Shown here piece after piece: positions 41,363 to 51,293 of a stretch of DNA of 64,000 bases; the stretch's first letter is position 1, and each line of letters starts with the position of its first letter. The notes below the pieces were generated by a model. That model ran no database searches. It saw only the letters and a program-made list of their open reading frames with translations, and was not told the DNA's origin. A program made the translations under genes and the position numbers. Where the stretch lies: contig CBDDCX010000008.1 of NCBI GenBank assembly GCA_965226375.1, positions 992,001 through 1,056,000 on the forward strand, given 5' to 3'. This DNA comes from Longimicrobiales bacterium (GTDB lineage: Bacteria; Gemmatimonadota; Gemmatimonadetes; Longimicrobiales; Gaopeijiaceae).

Positions 41363-42405
41363 ACCGCCGGATTGGTCGGTTTGGTCGCCGGGGCGTGGCG
41401 CCTCACCGCACGGTTTGCGGTCGAGCCCTCGTCGCGGGGCTTTCGCTGCTGTTGGCAGCGTGTGGCTCGGGCGAGCGCGTCACCATCCTGAAAGCCGCAC
41501 TCTCCCAGAACCCCTCCGAGCCGCAGGTTCGCGCGGTCGAGCTCTTCGCGGAGCTGGTCTCCGAAGGCACGGAAGGCCGCATTCGCGTCCAGATCTACCC
41601 CAACAACCAGTTGGGTAATCAGCGCGACGTGGTCGAAGGATTGCAGATGGGCAGTGTCGAGTTGGCCAACATTGCGAGTGTGATGGCCAGCTTCGTGCCT
41701 GAGACAAACCTCTTCGAGTTACCGTTCCTGTTTGAAGGTCCGGAGCACTTCGATGCGGTGATGGACTCAGAGATAGGGCAGGGACTCGCGCCCGCGTTCG
41801 AACGCCGCGGGCTGCACCTGCTGGGGTACTTCGACGTGGGTGAGCGCCACATCATGACCACCGAGCGCCCGGTCGAGCGCCTCGAAGACTTGAGCGGGCT
41901 CAAGATTCGCACGATGGAGAACCGGTTGCACCTGGCCACCTTCAAGGCGTTCGGGGCGAATCCGCTGCCGATGGCGTACGGAGAGCTGTACACGGCGTTG
42001 GAGCAGGGTGTCATCGATGGCGCGGAGGCGGCGGACCCAAACTACTATGCCAAACGATTCTACGAGCCGGCCCCGTACTGGGTGCGAGTCGGTTGGATCC
42101 GGTTGATCGAGTATGTGGTGATGAGTGGCTCGTTCTACGAGGACCTTTCCGTGGATGACCGTGCGGTGATCGACCGGGCGGCCGGGATCATGATCGTGGA
42201 GCAGAGGGCCTGGTACCGGGCGGAGGCCGATGCCGCCCTCGAGCGGCTGCGGGAGGCGGGTGTGAGGATCAGCAGTCCTGACAGGGAGCCCTTCCGAGCG
42301 GCGGCGCGCCGTGTATATGAAGAGTGGGCCGATCGAGTGGGTGGAATGGAGAGGATCGAAGCGATCCTTGACGCGGGTTCGACAGATTTCCAGAGGATTC
42401 GTTAA
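41359..42405 (+). CDS. dctP: TRAP substrate-binding lipoprotein
   Basis: LLAAC lipobox, [29 protein letters not shown]. Confidence 0.9.
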   Translation: MNRRIGRFGRRGVAPHRTVCGRALVAGLSLLLAACGSGERVTILKAALSQNPSEPQVRAVELFAELVSEGTEGRIRVQIYPNNQLGNQRDVVEGLQMGSVELANIASVMASFVPETNLFELPFLFEGPEHFDAVMDSEIGQGLAPAFERRGLHLLGYFDVGERHIMTTERPVERLEDLSGLKIRTMENRLHLATFKAFGANPLPMAYGELYTALEQGVIDGAEAADPNYYAKRFYEPAPYWVRVGWIRLIEYVVMSGSFYEDLSVDDRAVIDRAAGIMIVEQRAWYRAEADAALERLREAGVRISSPDREPFRAAARRVYEEWADRVGGMERIEAILDAGSTDFQRIR

Positions 42406-43427
42406 TGCAATACAGAGTACTCGGCCGAACCGGCATACGTGTGTCCGCATTGGCGCTGGGTACGGCGAATTTCGCCGACCCGACCCCCGAGGACGAAGCT
42501 AAGCAGATCCTGGAGGGCGCCATCGACGCCGGCATCAACCTGATCGACACCGGCGACAGTTACGGAAAGGGAGAGGCCGAACGGATCATCGGTCGGGCTC
42601 TGAAGGCCAGCGGGCTGCGCAAGGAAGTCCTGCTCACGACCAAGGTATTTCCACCGACCGGCCCCGGACCCAACGACCGAGGCAACTCGCGGCTGCACAT
42701 CATGCAGGCCTGCGAGGACTCGCTGGATCGGCTACAGACGGACTATATCGACCTCTATTTCATCCACCGATTCGATCCTGACACCCATCAGGAGGAAACG
42801 CTGGCCGCCTTGGACGATCTGGTCCGTTCCGGCAAGGTCCGGTATGTGGCCTGCTCCACGCACCCCGCCTGGCGCGTGATGGAGGCTCTGGCCATTAGCG
42901 ATCGTCGGGGCTACGCGCGTTATTGTTGCGAACAGCCTCCCTACAACCTGCTGGACAGGCGCATCGAGAACGAGCTGGTGCCGCTCTGCGTCGAGCACGG
43001 TCTGGGCGTCATGTCGTGGTCTCCCGTCGCCCAAGGCGTCCTCACCGGCCGCTACGCAAACGCCACGGACTTTCCCGAGGGTTCGAGGGCATCCTACCGA
43101 GGCGGGATCTACGCGGAACGGATTAACGAAGCCGGGATCGATGTGGGCAACCGGTTTATGGCTCTCGCGGAGGAGGCCGGGATCCCGCCGATCCAGCTCG
43201 CTGTTCTCTGGGTGAAGGATCAGCCGGGCATCACGGCACCGATCATCGGTCCCCGTACACTCAGCCATCTCAACGGTCTCCTGCCCGTGGGCGACATGCG
43301 CTTGAGCGACGACGTACGCCGGGCATGTGACGAGTTGGTCCCGCCGGGCGGCATGGTGGCGAATTTCCACAACTCGGCTGGATGGGGGGCGACGACTCGG
43401 ACGCTCGGGGTGGCGGACCGGGGGTAA
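42405..43427 (+). CDS. Aldo/keto reductase
   Basis: [41 protein letters not shown]. Confidence 0.92.
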   Translation: MQYRVLGRTGIRVSALALGTANFADPTPEDEAKQILEGAIDAGINLIDTGDSYGKGEAERIIGRALKASGLRKEVLLTTKVFPPTGPGPNDRGNSRLHIMQACEDSLDRLQTDYIDLYFIHRFDPDTHQEETLAALDDLVRSGKVRYVACSTHPAWRVMEALAISDRRGYARYCCEQPPYNLLDRRIENELVPLCVEHGLGVMSWSPVAQGVLTGRYANATDFPEGSRASYRGGIYAERINEAGIDVGNRFMALAEEAGIPPIQLAVLWVKDQPGITAPIIGPRTLSHLNGLLPVGDMRLSDDVRRACDELVPPGGMVANFHNSAGWGATTRTLGVADRG

Positions 43428-43538
43428 CGCCCCACATGTGCCCCGTCCGCGAGCGTGTTGGAGCCCTATCCCGATGCTTGACACACTCCGGGGCCAACGC
43501 GAAGGTGCGGTCTCCACAACCCCTTTCGGAGTGATTCT

Positions 43539-44903
43539 GTGAATCGATCTACTGCGCTATTCGCTGTTTTCTTCACCACGGCCATCGGTCTTCCCATGTC
43601 GGCTTCCGCTCAGGAGCTGGCGAGCTCCTATCGTGATGATGCGAATCGACTCATCGATGCCGCGCTCGCGAACCACGACGCGTTCGAACGCCTCACCGAG
43701 CTGGTCGACAAGTTCGGCCACAGGGTCTCCGGATCAGTGGCGCTCGAGCAGGCCATCGATTGGATCATGGAGGAAATGACGGCCGACGGTCTCGACCGGG
43801 TAGCCGGCGACATGGTCATGGTTCCGCACTGGGTCCGAGGTGAGGAATCGCTGGAGATGATACTCCCGCGCCCGCTCGAGCTCCCGATGCTCGGACTCGG
43901 TGGTAGCATCGCCACGCCCCCGGGCGGGATCCGGGCCGAAGTGCTGGTGGTGAGCACCTTCGAAGAGTTGGAGGAGCGCGCCGGCGAAGCCCAAGGCAAG
44001 ATCGTGCTCTTCGACGCGCCCTTCACGGGGTACGGACAGACGGTCCAGTACCGGAGCCAGGGGGCCATCGTGGCTGCCCGAGCCGGGGCCGTCGCGAGCA
44101 TCATCCGCTCGATAACGCCTTATTCGCAGCAGACGCCGCATACCGGGAACATGGCCTACGCGGAGGACGTGCGACGCATCCCACAGGCGGCGATCACCGT
44201 GGAACACGCCGAGTTGCTGCACCGCTTGCAGGATCGCGGAGAGCGTATCGAGCTGCTCTTAAGGATGAACGCGCAAACGCTACCGGACGCCCCCTCGCGA
44301 AACGTCATGGCGGAGATCACGGGCTCGGAGTTCCCGAATGAGGTCGTCGTGCTCGGTGGCCACATCGATTCCTGGGACGTGGGGCAGGGCGCCATGGACG
44401 ACGCCGGCGGCGTGGTCGCCGCCTGGGAAGCCGTCCGGCTCATGAAGGAGTTGGGCCTGCGGCCTCGACGTACCGTTCGGGTGGTCGGGTGGACAAGCGA
44501 AGAGAATGGTGGCCCTGGTGGCCCGGAGTACGCCCGGATGCACGCGGACGAGGACCACGTGCTCGCTATGGAGTCCGACGGCGGGGTCTTCAAGCCGTCC
44601 GGCTTCGGCTTCACGGGCTCGGACACGGCGTTCGACATCATCACCGAAATCGGCACGTTGCTAGAGCGGACGGAGTCGGGACGCATATCGCGTGGCGGCG
44701 GCGGCGCGGACATCAGTCCGTTGATGCGTACCGGTGTGCCCGGCATGGGCTTGAGCGTGGACGGTACCCGTTACTTCTGGTATCACCATACCGACGCCGA
44801 CACGATCGACAAGCTCGACCCCGACGAGGTCGCGCTGGTGGTGGCGACGATGGCGGTCATGGCCTACGTAGTTGCGGATATGCCGGAGCGGCTGCCCCGT
44901 TAG
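43539..44903 (+). CDS. Secreted M28 peptidase (carboxypeptidase Q-like)
   Basis: PHWVRG, PHTG, GGHIDSWDVGQGAMDD, SEENG, YHHTDADT. Confidence 0.9.
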   Translation: MNRSTALFAVFFTTAIGLPMSASAQELASSYRDDANRLIDAALANHDAFERLTELVDKFGHRVSGSVALEQAIDWIMEEMTADGLDRVAGDMVMVPHWVRGEESLEMILPRPLELPMLGLGGSIATPPGGIRAEVLVVSTFEELEERAGEAQGKIVLFDAPFTGYGQTVQYRSQGAIVAARAGAVASIIRSITPYSQQTPHTGNMAYAEDVRRIPQAAITVEHAELLHRLQDRGERIELLLRMNAQTLPDAPSRNVMAEITGSEFPNEVVVLGGHIDSWDVGQGAMDDAGGVVAAWEAVRLMKELGLRPRRTVRVVGWTSEENGGPGGPEYARMHADEDHVLAMESDGGVFKPSGFGFTGSDTAFDIITEIGTLLERTESGRISRGGGGADISPLMRTGVPGMGLSVDGTRYFWYHHTDADTIDKLDPDEVALVVATMAVMAYVVADMPERLPR

Positions 44904-44946
44904 CTCTGCGCGCTTTGATTCAATTTGACTTGGTTCGAGGTAGAAG

Positions 44947-45369
44947 ATGGCATCGATAAGACTCGAGTTCGAAAAGGGGGGCACGTTCACCGCGAGGCTT
45001 CTGGAGGATGAGGCGCCCAAGACGTGTGCCACCATCAAGAGCCGCTTACCCTTCGAGTACCTGTTTCAGCAGAGCATCGTCTCCGGTCAGGTCATGGTGG
45101 CCATACCACCCGATTTGACGGTTGAGAGAGAAAACCAGCGGGTTGCCGGCATACCGCCGGGCGCCCTCAGCTTCCTGGTGGCGGACGAGCCCGTGTTGGT
45201 GCCCGACGAGATCTACATCGCCTACGGCATCTTCATCTCCCGGGGTCTCACGGTCGACGCGAAACAACCGGTCAATGTGTTCGCCCAGATCGACGATGGC
45301 CTCGAAGAGTTGAAGGAAATCGGGGCACGGATCATCCGGCACGGAGCGGAGATCGTCCGTTTCACATGA
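44947..45369 (+). CDS. DUF3830-like (cyclophilin-fold) protein
   Basis: FTARLLEDEAPKTC, EN, EIYIAYG, VNVFAQI. Confidence 0.65.
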   Translation: MASIRLEFEKGGTFTARLLEDEAPKTCATIKSRLPFEYLFQQSIVSGQVMVAIPPDLTVERENQRVAGIPPGALSFLVADEPVLVPDEIYIAYGIFISRGLTVDAKQPVNVFAQIDDGLEELKEIGARIIRHGAEIVRFT

Positions 45370-45380
45370 ATCTGGCGCCG

Positions 45381-46608
45381 TCAGTTCCTCTTGGTCGAGT
45401 CCGGTAAGAGCTCGCGTAGGCTGTCTTCCAGCTTCATGTGCCAGGGGTCGGTGACGCTGTCCCGCTCGAAGTAGAGTATGAGCTCCTGCTCCTGGATCAG
45501 CGTATTCAGGAGGAGCTTCACCTTCACACGTGCCTTCACGCGTGCCCGCAGCTGGCTCGAGTCGATCTCGGCGAAGACGACCTCGTAGTCCATGATATCG
45601 AGGGCCTGGTCACTGTCGAGCTCCAGGGACCGTTCTGCGGCTGCCTTCGCCTTCGGGAGCACCTCGCCTGGCGAGGCACCGTGCCAATACATGGAAAGAA
45701 CGTACACGCTGGCCAGGGCACTGAACGCAGCCGCGAAAGACGGATCCATGAGTATCGCCTTCTCCAACTCCGCTATGGCGGGCTCGGCGTCGGCCCGCCG
45801 AAACGCCTCGCGGCCGCGCAGGTAGTGGTCGTAGGCAGCGACATTGTCCGTCGGATGTTGGCGGATCCGCTTGGCCACTTCGGACGTGAGTTCGGCCTTG
45901 AGCGCCGCCGCGATCATCTCGGCGATGTCACTTTGCACGGCGAAGATGTCTTCCAAGGTCCGGTCGTAGGTCTCGGCCCAGAGGTGGTTGTCGTTGCCCG
46001 CGTCGATCAGCTGGGCTGTGACACGTACCCGGCCCCTCGCCCGCCGAACGCTACCCTCCAACACGGTCCCCACCTCGAGCTCCCGAGCGATCTCGGGGAC
46101 CTGCTTGTTCGTGCCTTTGTAGCCCATCACGGATGTTCGCGAGGTGACCTGGAGATCCTTGATACGCGACAGATGGGTCAGGATGTCTTCGGTGATTCCA
46201 TCGCTGAAATACTCGTTCTCCGGATCACCGGAGAGGTTAGCGAACGGGAGAACGGCGATGGCCAGGGGAGAGAAGGTGCCAGAAGACGCGGCGCCGGAGG
46301 TATCCGGTGAACTTCCCTCGACCGAAGGGTCCTGGTGGGGTTCCTCACGAGGCGGTTCCTCGCGGGGCGGAGACGCGGTATCGACGGCGGCTGTTCGGAC
46401 CACGCCGGCCGAGGTCATATCGAATGTCCACGCCAAGACGACACCGATGACGAGGCCGACCCCCAACAACGCCAGGACCAGGCGGTCAGCCCAGTCCGGC
46501 ATCCCCATCATCGGGAAGGTCACGTCTACTACCTGGAGCACGACCCAGGCTGCCACGGCGTAGATCACCAGCAGGCGTATCACACGGCGTCGGCGGAGTT
46601 CCGCCCAA
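45381..46608 (-). pseudogene. Membrane TolB-N/TPR protein (adenylate-cyclase-associated type), 5' end cut by IS1595 and 3' end chimeric
   Basis: FWAELRRRRVIR, two TM helices, IAVLPFANLS..ENEYFSDG, EGSVRR, HLWAETYDR. The TPR stops near 45603 and runs into unrelated sequence. The first codons lie beyond the IS (47675 to about 47713). Confidence 0.8.
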
Positions 46609-47674
46609 AGGGGGTATTCCCTTAAGTCCACCGACCCCAAGATATAGTGGTTACCGGGGCTCTGCGGGCCGTTTCCCACGTCCGGTGCCGAGGTAAAGGG
46701 CCGAAGCTGGCGTGGGAGCACACTGAACAGCCTGCTCAAGCAAGCGGTAGAACAACAGGCCGCGAGCCCGGGATGTGCGTCGGTTGAAGCGAAAGGTGAA
46801 CTCGTCCAGATAGTAGGGGAGGTGTTCGCGGGCGATCCCTCCTTGGAGGGTTCCGAGGACCCAGCGCTTGAGGAGAGACGCCACCCGATGTACGGCCGAC
46901 ATGAGCACGTGAGCGGGATCGCCGGAGGTCGAGAGGTTCGTGACCGTGTGGCGAAAGCCCAGTTTGGCGAGTCCCTGATAGCTTGGCCATCCGTCGGTAT
47001 GCACCGTGCTTGCCGGTGCGATGCTATCCTTGACGAAGCCTCGCAGAACCGGAGCGGAGAGGTCGGGCACCCAACGCAGCCGTATTCTCCCGATCTTGCG
47101 TCCGTCGACCTCGGCGGCGATCGCGACGATGGCCTTCTTGATCGTCTCGCGGCCCCGCACTCCAGCCTCCACGCCCCCGACATAGCTCTCGTCCACTTGC
47201 ACAACGCCGCTCAGCTGGTCGCGATCCGGTCGGACCATGGCCCGGCGGAGCTTGTGGAGCCAGACCCACGCTGTCTTGTAGCTTCCCAGTCCGAGCACGC
47301 GCTGGAGCCCGAGAGCATTGGCTCCGTATTTCTGACTCGTGAGCTCCCAGGCAGCGAGAAACCACAGACGCAGGGGCGAGCGCGTGCGGTGGAACACGGT
47401 TCCCGCCAGCACCGAGGTCTGCCTTCGACAGTGTGGGCAGACGAGACGCCCCCGCGATGCTCGCCAGACCTCTCCCAACCCGCCACAGCCCACGCACACA
47501 AACCCTTCCGGCCAGCGCAGACCCTCCACGTACTCCAGGCATGCCGCATCGTCGGGGAAGAACTCGTCCAACTCCAGCCGCGTACGGGGATAGTCACGCC
47601 GCCACGGAGCTGAGAAGCCGGAACCGCCATGACCACAACATGTAGTGGGCGGTGGACTTAAGGCAATACCCCAT
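46609..47674 (-). mobile_element. IS1595-family insertion sequence, 1066 bp
   Basis: 25-bp terminal IRs (AGGGGGTATTCCCTTAAGTCCACCG vs ATGGGGTATTGCCTTAAGTCCACCG, 2 mismatches) and 8-bp duplication CCGCCCAA at 46601-46608 and 47675-47682. Confidence 0.92.
46651..47630 (-). CDS. IS1595-family DDE transposase (5' end apparently frameshifted)
   Basis: LRWPEGFVC..C...C..C zinc ribbon, VQVDESYVG, VHTDGW, YLDEFTFRFNRR. ATG 47630 is out of frame with DYPRT. Confidence 0.88.
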
Positions 47675-47749
47675 CCGCCCAAAACCGGATTGGACCGGCT
47701 CGACCGTCGGCCAGGGACTTCTCGTTGACGGTGATGGTATGCTCCTTGA

Positions 47750-48769
47750 CTAGTCTCTCCCCGCAGCGTAGTCGGCTGGGTAGTAGGCCAGGTTCTCCGC
47801 CTGCATGGTACGTCGGTAATTGATCGCCACCGCATCGAACTTCAGGTGCAACTCGTCGGTCAGGTCGAAGGGCACCATCTCGGGGCGTTGTGACAAAATT
47901 ACCCGTTTGTCCTGGGAAAAAATCGTGTCTTCAAATTCCTTCACGAGGGTGTCCGGCTCGTCGAGGTCGTAATTGCGGGCCACGATGCAGTATCCTCGAC
48001 AGGCGTCGCGGGCGAGCGGTTGAGAAACGAACAGGTAGACCATACCCCTCTCGCCTCCCCAATCCAGCCGAAGATAGATGGTGTAAGGGCAGTGCAGCTC
48101 GTAGGTGCTCCGCCGCTCGGGGACGGCCTCCTCCTCGTTGGCAAAGATGGGGAAGTCCTCGCTGTTGGCCGCCTCGGGACGGACCACGCTGTAGTGCAGT
48201 ATGTGATCCTTCACTTCAACCGTGTGATCCGGCACCAAGGGTCGCTCGACGTCACCGAGCAATCCGGGATGAACCCAGGGGAAGTGGCCGAAGTCGGTGA
48301 AGTTCTCCACCTGGCGCGAGGCGTCGCATTCCCAGTCGTAGGGTCCGGTCTGGATGACCTGCCAGGCGTCGTCTTCCAAGGCCGGCACCTCGGGAAGCGT
48401 ATAGGTCGGTTCGGCCATGGCCACCCAGATCAGGCCGTACCGTTCCTGGCATTGATAGCTGTTCACCCGGGCCTTAGCCGGGATGTTGGTATTGTCGGTC
48501 TGCGGAATGAGGGTGCATGCACCGCCGGCGTCATAGCGCCAGCCGTGGTAGGGGCAGACGATGCAGTCGTCGGCTACGTGGCCCAGAGAAAGGGCAGTGC
48601 CGCGGTGAATGCAGAGATCCTTCATGGCGTGAGGGATGCCGTCTGATGTGCGCCAGATGACCAGAAGCTCTTCCAGGAGCCTGGTGGCGAAGGGGGACTT
48701 GGCGTCTACTTCCTCGCTGTACGCCACCGGGTGCCAGCAGTGAGACAGTCTAGCTGGAAGTCCCGTCAT
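47750..48769 (-). CDS. Rieske non-haem iron oxygenase alpha subunit (VanA-like)
   Basis: CIHRG...CPYHG Rieske motif, ENFTDFGHFPWVH, SQD. Confidence 0.92.
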   Translation of the reverse strand: MTGLPARLSHCWHPVAYSEEVDAKSPFATRLLEELLVIWRTSDGIPHAMKDLCIHRGTALSLGHVADDCIVCPYHGWRYDAGGACTLIPQTDNTNIPAKARVNSYQCQERYGLIWVAMAEPTYTLPEVPALEDDAWQVIQTGPYDWECDASRQVENFTDFGHFPWVHPGLLGDVERPLVPDHTVEVKDHILHYSVVRPEAANSEDFPIFANEEEAVPERRSTYELHCPYTIYLRLDWGGERGMVYLFVSQPLARDACRGYCIVARNYDLDEPDTLVKEFEDTIFSQDKRVILSQRPEMVPFDLTDELHLKFDAVAINYRRTMQAENLAYYPADYAAGRD

Positions 48770-50031
48770 ATCGCCTTCAGCCCCTCCACCAACGCGTCCA
48801 GATCCGACAGTCGGGAGAACACATTGGGTGCGATCCGCGCGCCTTGTTCCACCGCCACCGTGAAAATCCGGTGTCGATCCCACAGGGCGTCGACCAGCTC
48901 GGCCGGCGTCATGCCGTCCACCAGCACGTTGGCGATGGCGACCGATTGATCGTTGCCCAACGGCGTATTGATGTGCACACCGGGTAGGTCGATCACACGC
49001 TCCACCCAATAGTTCTTGAGGTACCGGAGTCGCTCCTCCTTCCGCTCACCGCCGATGGCTTCGTGAAAGCGGATTGCGTCGACAATGGCCTGGTCGGTCC
49101 CCTGGGGATGTGTCCCGATATGGTGGAATTTCTCGATGTCGCCCTCCTGGGCACCTCGGTCACCGAACAGGGGCCATACCTTGGCGATGTGCTCCTTCCT
49201 CATCCACAGAAGGCCCGTGCCGAGCGGTGCGCCGAGCCACTTGTGGAGGCTGGTCCCGTAGTAGTCGCATCCGAGCTCGGGAATCGTGCGATTCACGTGG
49301 GCGAACGAGTGCGCACCATCGACGATGACCTCCACGCCCCTTATATGCGCCATGTCGCAGATCTCACGGATCGGCAGCACCTGGCCGGTCAGGAAGATCA
49401 TGTGCGAGGCAAGGATATAGCGTGTTCGGGGCGTGATGGCTGCAGAGTAGGCCTCCACGATCTCGTGCTGGGACTCCGGCAACCAGGGAAGTGCGATGAC
49501 TCGATTCACCGTTCCGAACCGCACGGCCCGCTGCTCGAGAGCCACCTGCATGCTGGGGTATTCCCGGTTGCTGTACAGAACCTCGTCACCGGCTTCGAGG
49601 GGGACGCCATGGATGACTGCGTTCAAGGCTTCGGTAGTGTTGCGGACCACGGTGAACTCTTCCGGATCGACATCGGCGAAGCGCCCGATGATACGCTTCA
49701 GCTCGGCACGCTCCTCGGCCATCCGGCGCCGCATGTAGAACGACGGGATGCGGTTGATCATCCTCAGGTTGTCCACCTGGGCGTCCACCACCGGGTCGGC
49801 CGCGGGGCTGAAATAGCCGCTTTCCAGGTTGATGAAGCTCGGATCCTGCGTGTAGGCCCGCTGGATGATTTCCCAGTATTCCTCGTCCCGAGCGGCAACT
49901 CGAGCAGGCCGGCTGTCGCCTTCGCCCGCTCGTAGGACGTCGCCCACCGCCCCGAGGCTGAGCCGTGGCGTGGCGAGTCCGCCCAGTGCCGCTCCCGCGG
50001 CCAACTGCACGAAGGAACGTCTGCTGGACAT
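48766..50031 (-). CDS. Class V PLP aminotransferase-like (isopenicillin-N-epimerase-like) with Tat signal
   Basis: SRRSF; RNTTEALN, VDGAHSF, SLHKWLGAP. Confidence 0.88.
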   Translation of the reverse strand: MSSRRSFVQLAAGAALGGLATPRLSLGAVGDVLRAGEGDSRPARVAARDEEYWEIIQRAYTQDPSFINLESGYFSPAADPVVDAQVDNLRMINRIPSFYMRRRMAEERAELKRIIGRFADVDPEEFTVVRNTTEALNAVIHGVPLEAGDEVLYSNREYPSMQVALEQRAVRFGTVNRVIALPWLPESQHEIVEAYSAAITPRTRYILASHMIFLTGQVLPIREICDMAHIRGVEVIVDGAHSFAHVNRTIPELGCDYYGTSLHKWLGAPLGTGLLWMRKEHIAKVWPLFGDRGAQEGDIEKFHHIGTHPQGTDQAIVDAIRFHEAIGGERKEERLRYLKNYWVERVIDLPGVHINTPLGNDQSVAIANVLVDGMTPAELVDALWDRHRIFTVAVEQGARIAPNVFSRLSDLDALVEGLKAI

Positions 50032-50301
50032 GAACTGCTCCCGGTTCGGTCTGGGCGGATGCGTCGGGCCCTGGCGGCTCCGGATCCAATCTGCCCTGGT
50101 CGGATGCCCGGGGACAGTGGGGCACTGCTTGACGATTCTGGGTGCCGCCCGACGGGTTACTCGGCGTCCGCCCCGGGTGTCGTCCGGTAACTCCACGCCA
50201 GCGGCATTCGGGTCGCTAGGCAGGCAGGCGCGGCGATCTCGGTGTACCCGCCGAGTGCGTGCACGCTGGTGCCCAGGCGAGGCTCCGCAGACACGCCGGT
50301 C

Positions 50302-51027
50302 TCAACCGCGGCCAAGGTCCGATCCCTCTAGGAGGGGTTGTTTCCTCCCGACCACGACGACCATCGGCCCCTGTCGCCACACACATCCGGTCACAAAGCC
50401 CGCGTCCGTCATCGCCGCGATTTCGTCGTCCAGCGGGAAGTATGTGTCCTCTTCGGCCCACTCCTCGAAGTGCCGCCAAGCATCTTGCTCCTCGATGCCG
50501 CTAACGACCATGTGATCGGCCCACTCGCGGTAGAGCGCGCGGCTCGCCGCGGACGCGGCAGGCATCATCGCATCCGCGTTGACGAAGGTCCCGCCGCTCC
50601 CGAGCGCTGCATAGACTCTGCCATAGAGCGCGCGCTTGCTCTCCAGCGTCGAAATGTGATGGAGCGCCAAAGACGCCACCACTGCGTCGCATTCTGGGAG
50701 TGGCTCCAAGAAAGACTGCTCACGGAATCGAGCCCGGCCGATGAAGGGCGCCAGGCGGGCGCGCGCTTTCTCCAGCATCTCCGGGTCCACGTCCAGCGAC
50801 TCCACGTGCCCGACACCGGTTCGCCGCAACAGAGCCTCCGAAAGTGCGCCCGTGCCGGCGCCGAGGTCCAAAACGAGTCCTGGCTGCATGGACGCAACCG
50901 CGTCTGCCGCCGCATCGAGCATCGCCTCGTAGCCGGGAATGAAGCGGCGGATCGCGTTGTCGTACGTGTCGATATCGACACGCAGATGATGGCGTACGCT
51001 ATGCGCCACGTCGAGCACCCGCTTCAC
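50302..51027 (-). CDS. Class I SAM-dependent methyltransferase
   Basis: VLDLGAGTG, LDVDPEML, SLALHH, GGTFVNAD. Confidence 0.88.
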   Translation of the reverse strand: MKRVLDVAHSVRHHLRVDIDTYDNAIRRFIPGYEAMLDAAADAVASMQPGLVLDLGAGTGALSEALLRRTGVGHVESLDVDPEMLEKARARLAPFIGRARFREQSFLEPLPECDAVVASLALHHISTLESKRALYGRVYAALGSGGTFVNADAMMPAASAASRALYREWADHMVVSGIEEQDAWRHFEEWAEEDTYFPLDDEIAAMTDAGFVTGCVWRQGPMVVVVGRKQPLLEGSDLGRG

Positions 51028-51293
51028 GGGATGTAGGAAAACTCACGCTACAAGGGATATGTAAGAGATAGCGGTCACTTTCCGGTCGCGATCTTGTTGC
51101 ACAGTCAGATGTTGTTCGGCCTCCAGCGTTCGATGACTTTACAGCGAGCGACGCTGGGCGTTCCCGAAGAGGCGTTGCGAATAACGGTGAAGGGAACGGA
51201 GAAGACTCTGCACGGCTTTTGATCGGGCGGCCTCTCAGCAGGGCCGAGGCGTCGGCAGGGCCAAATCGGAGATAGCAGGGGAGGGGGCGTCAC

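Noticed and set aside
46609..47204. N-terminal extension of the 607-aa ORF 45381-47204
   Set aside because: An alternate frame of the IS1595 transposase that happens to run into the interrupted gene.
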